From assembly GCA_028534125.1 (NCBI GenBank), contig CM052837.1, forward strand, positions 35,712,001 through 35,776,000: a DNA stretch of 64,000 nucleotides. The letters run 5' to 3'. Positions 61,360 to 64,000 of this stretch are shown here, piece by piece. The translations under genes were made by a program, and so were the position numbers. Positions within the stretch are counted from its first letter, which is position 1; each line of letters begins with the position of its first letter. The stretch comes from Lama glama. Its lineage: Eukaryota. Under the pieces are notes generated by a model that saw only the letters and a list, made by a program, of their open reading frames with translations, did not search any database and was not told where the DNA came from.

Positions 61360-61910
61360 GACGTGAAGTCCTTCCAGGCTCTCCTGGGATGGCGTCAACC
61401 CCCCCCCACAAGGTTTTCGTGATAATTTATACCCTGCCAACTCCCAGGCCACCGTCCCCGTGCTAGCCTGTCTCCAGAGCTCAAGTCCGCTGTTTACAAC
61501 TGTATGCTCAACGCCCTGCAGACATCTCAGACCCACTCACTTCACTTTCAATTAAAGGCATCACCACCCACCCAGTCTCCAGGACTTAAACATGTCACCT
61601 CCTTTCTCTGTCACCCAATTTCTCTATTTAGTAACCAGATTCTGCCAGATCTAACCCAGAAATGTCTTGTGCACCACGTTTTCCTCTCCAAACCCAGTGC
61701 TATGTGAATCCCCACTCTCCCTCGTATGACGATCTCTTGTTCTGCAGTTCTCATGACTTGTCTGGCTTCTTATGCCAGGATTACCTCCTGCAGAGTAAAC
61801 GAGGTGACATGCGTGGCTTACATTCCTCAGCCCCCACCCCCTTTCCTTCTTAGAGTAAACTCTGATGTTGATCTGCTCACAGGGACACCTAGCCACCTGG
61901 CTGTGTTCCC
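61360..61910 (+). mobile_element. L2 internal fragment
   Basis: ataatttataccctgccaactccca...tctccagagctcaag...aaaggcatcaccacccacccagt...taaccagattctgcc. Confidence 0.6.
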
Positions 61911-61949
61911 TCTAATGAGACGCAGCAAAATTGCAATGTGGGATTTTGA

Positions 61950-62265
61950 TGGAGGGCGCCCCTTCCTGCCTCTCTTCTCCTTCTAGCCTACAGCTCAGAA
62001 GGCTGCTCCCCAGGGGTCAACTCAGACCCTCAGCTGATCGGGAAGATGAGAGCCATGTGCTGAGCTGATGGGCAGAGAGATGGAAGCCAGCACCCCAGGT
62101 GACGCTATGGAAATATCTTCTCCTAGGTCCCTCCTCCAAGTTACTGATGCCTTCCTCGAGGCTACTACCTACAAGATATCAACTTTGATCTTTTTTAAGC
62201 CATTGCTTTTGGGCAGGGGGAGAGTGTGTCTCCTCTGGGCAGCTGCCCCAATCCCAGCTGGCAGC
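61950..62265 (+). mobile_element. MaLR LTR (MLT1J/K-like)
   Basis: gatgagagccatgtgctgagctgatgggcagagagatggaagcc...ttttttaagccattgcttttggg...gcagctgccccaatcccagctg. Confidence 0.6.
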
Positions 62266-62574
62266 AGATGGCATCGTGGCAGAGCACATCGCCTTGGGAG
62301 CTAGCCACCACTGCCCTTGGAGTGAGCTGCAAGGTCTCCATCAAGCGACGTAACTACTTTAAGACTCACTTTATTCTCCACCAAGCAAACCCCTTTCCAC
62401 TCTTCTTCAGTGGCCAGTTTCTACCCATGCTTCAGTATCTAAGCCAGGTGTCACCCCGAGAGAAGAGGGGCTTCTGGGTGCTAGTCGTGTTCTACATCTG
62501 GATGGGGATTCACTTAAGAAAGTCGTATCTTTAAGATCTATACACTTGGGTGTCTCTCTCTCTGCATGTACGTG

Positions 62575-62835
62575 ATGTGGATGGAGGTGCAGAGATGGAG
62601 GCAGATATAGTGATGGGTGTGGAAGTAGAAGTAGAGGTAGGTGTACAAGCAGAGAGAGCGCAGGTGGAGAGGGAAGGGTGGAGTAGATGTAGATGCAGAA
62701 GTAGGTGTCGAGATGGGTGTAGGTACAGATGTTGGTGTAGGTGTGGAGGCAGAGGTAGACATAGAAGCAGACGGAGATGGAGAGGTAGAGTCAAGGCAGA
62801 GAAGATGTTGAGTTAAGGGTAGAGACAGATGTAGG
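62575..62835 (+). repeat. Degenerate hexamer array (GTAGAG/GTAGAT/GTAGGT/GTGGAG)n
   Basis: Six-base periodicity visible directly, e.g. gtagaa gtagag gtaggt gtacaa gcagag and gtagat gtagat gcagaa gtaggt. Confidence 0.85.
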
Positions 62836-63420
62836 ACCGCCTCCATCTACTTCTATGTCTACCTCTGTCTCCACACCTCCCTTTCCCAGACTGGCCAGTG
62901 CGCTCCCGCCCCCCCAGGAGCAGCCACACGAGGACTCGCACGAAGCTCTCCGCCAACGTCCATGGACACACTTGCGAACAGAGATTCTTTACGCACAGTG
63001 CACATTTGGGGCCTTGACGAAATGACTTCCACGTGCCTGATTCCAAATGCGTGAAATCACGCCTCCTTTATTTAGTCTAAGACGACTTTCTTTACGCTGC
63101 ACGAAACTACCTCCTGAACTTGGGGACCGGGATTTTGAAAACAAACGCTTCTCCCTCCCTCCATTCCCTTCGAGACTGAGCACACTTGATCCACATCCCC
63201 TGACCTTCCGTCTGGGAGACGACGCACCTCCGGGGCCCGATTCTGGGGAAGCCCCTGTCTCTGCTCCACCTCACAGTGGCTTCCTGAGTCATGCCGACCA
63301 GCACCGCAGACGTCCTCCAGGTGCGCAGGCCCCCACCTTGCTGGACACTTGGGCAAGAAAGACAACAAAAGGCCCACGTGTGAAAGAGGGATGGTGTGTG
63401 GGCTCACATGATAATCATAG

Positions 63421-63638
63421 TAAGTTTGCCAGATTTAGCAAAAGAGAAAAACTACATCTAATTAATTAAATTTCAGTGTCAGATAGTTTTCAGCATATTT
63501 ATGTCCCATGTGATAAATAATTTCTTTGGTACTAGTGTATCCCAAATATTGCATGGAACTGACTTACTCTAGAAAATCGTTCATTGTTTCTCTGAAATTC
63601 AAATTTCACTGAGTGCTTTGTATTTACGGGACAACCTG
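63421..63638. mobile_element. MER53-like palindromic hAT MITE
   Basis: ttgccagatttagcaaa...ttaaatttcag...tcccaaatattgcatgga...ttgtttctctgaaattcaaattt...tgtattt...acaacct follows my recall of the MER53 consensus. Confidence 0.8.
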
Positions 63639-64000
63639 AGACCACAGTGCCTTTGCCTAAGCTGTACTCACCGGCCACAAAATGCTGCTTGGACAACATT
63701 GTCCTGCTCGCTCCGCACAAAAGCCTAGCTCGGTGGGCGGAGCAGAGGTCACTGGCTGCACTGAAATGAAGGTGTTCAAGAAAAATCACAGCGCCAGCAG
63801 GCGGCAGAGCTCTCACCAAGCTCTGGCTTTTATTTTAGCCACATTCACGGCTTTACTGGTGGGACAGGTGACCCTTTCCATGGAAGAAGGTGATCGTGTC
63901 TCTTTCCACAGCATGTCTTTGCGGCATCACTTTTCCTTGGGAAGGAAACTTGCCCCATCCTGAGTCCATGTGTTCAGGAGGGACTGATCACAGACCCAGG

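Noticed and set aside
62531-62846. Low-complexity ORFs (HLHL, STST, VEVE, RCRC)
   Set aside because: Translations of the hexamer array.
1-64000. The supplied ORFs, including the 319-aa (39198-40157), 251-aa (8336-9091, 10180-10935) and 230-aa (5832-6524) ones
   Set aside because: Pro/Arg/Gly/Ala-rich, overlapping in several frames on both strands, no recognisable domain and no coherent exon chain; expected from stop-codon scarcity in GC-rich DNA.
1-64000. Naming the host locus or nearest gene
   Set aside because: No recognisable exon, and L1 orientations are mixed, so even intronic versus intergenic cannot be decided without alignment.

Overview
This window is mammalian genomic DNA, most likely camelid (Camelus/Vicugna/Lama), judged from two tRNA-Ala(AGC)-derived SINEs of the camelid type and cetartiodactyl-type L1 3' ends. 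I find no supportable protein-coding gene, RNA gene or processed pseudogene; the ORF track is GC-rich noise plus L1/L2 remnants. The window looks like an intergenic or deep-intronic, GC- and CpG-rich, probably subtelomeric region with three components: (i) old interspersed repeats (L1MA-ME, L2, MIR, MLT1, MLT2, an ERV1-type solo LTR, MER5, MER53); (ii) repeat-poor stretches with AT-rich, homeodomain/POU/SOX/PBX-HOX/MEIS-motif-dense islands that resemble conserved non-coding enhancers of a developmental locus; (iii) patchy A/T-to-G/C overwriting of repeats, consistent with GC-biased gene conversion. The best directly visible oddities are a reconstructable template-switch inverted duplication giving a perfect 18-bp hairpin (51513-51561), a 38-bp fold-back at the end of a hexamer array (62739-62878), a twin-primed L1 insertion (13001-13736) and an AG|GTGAGT recursive-splice-site-like motif (39028-39106). 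I see no evidence of a novel multi-gene system. Repeat family names come from my recall of consensus sequences, not from a search, and boundaries are approximate unless stated otherwise.
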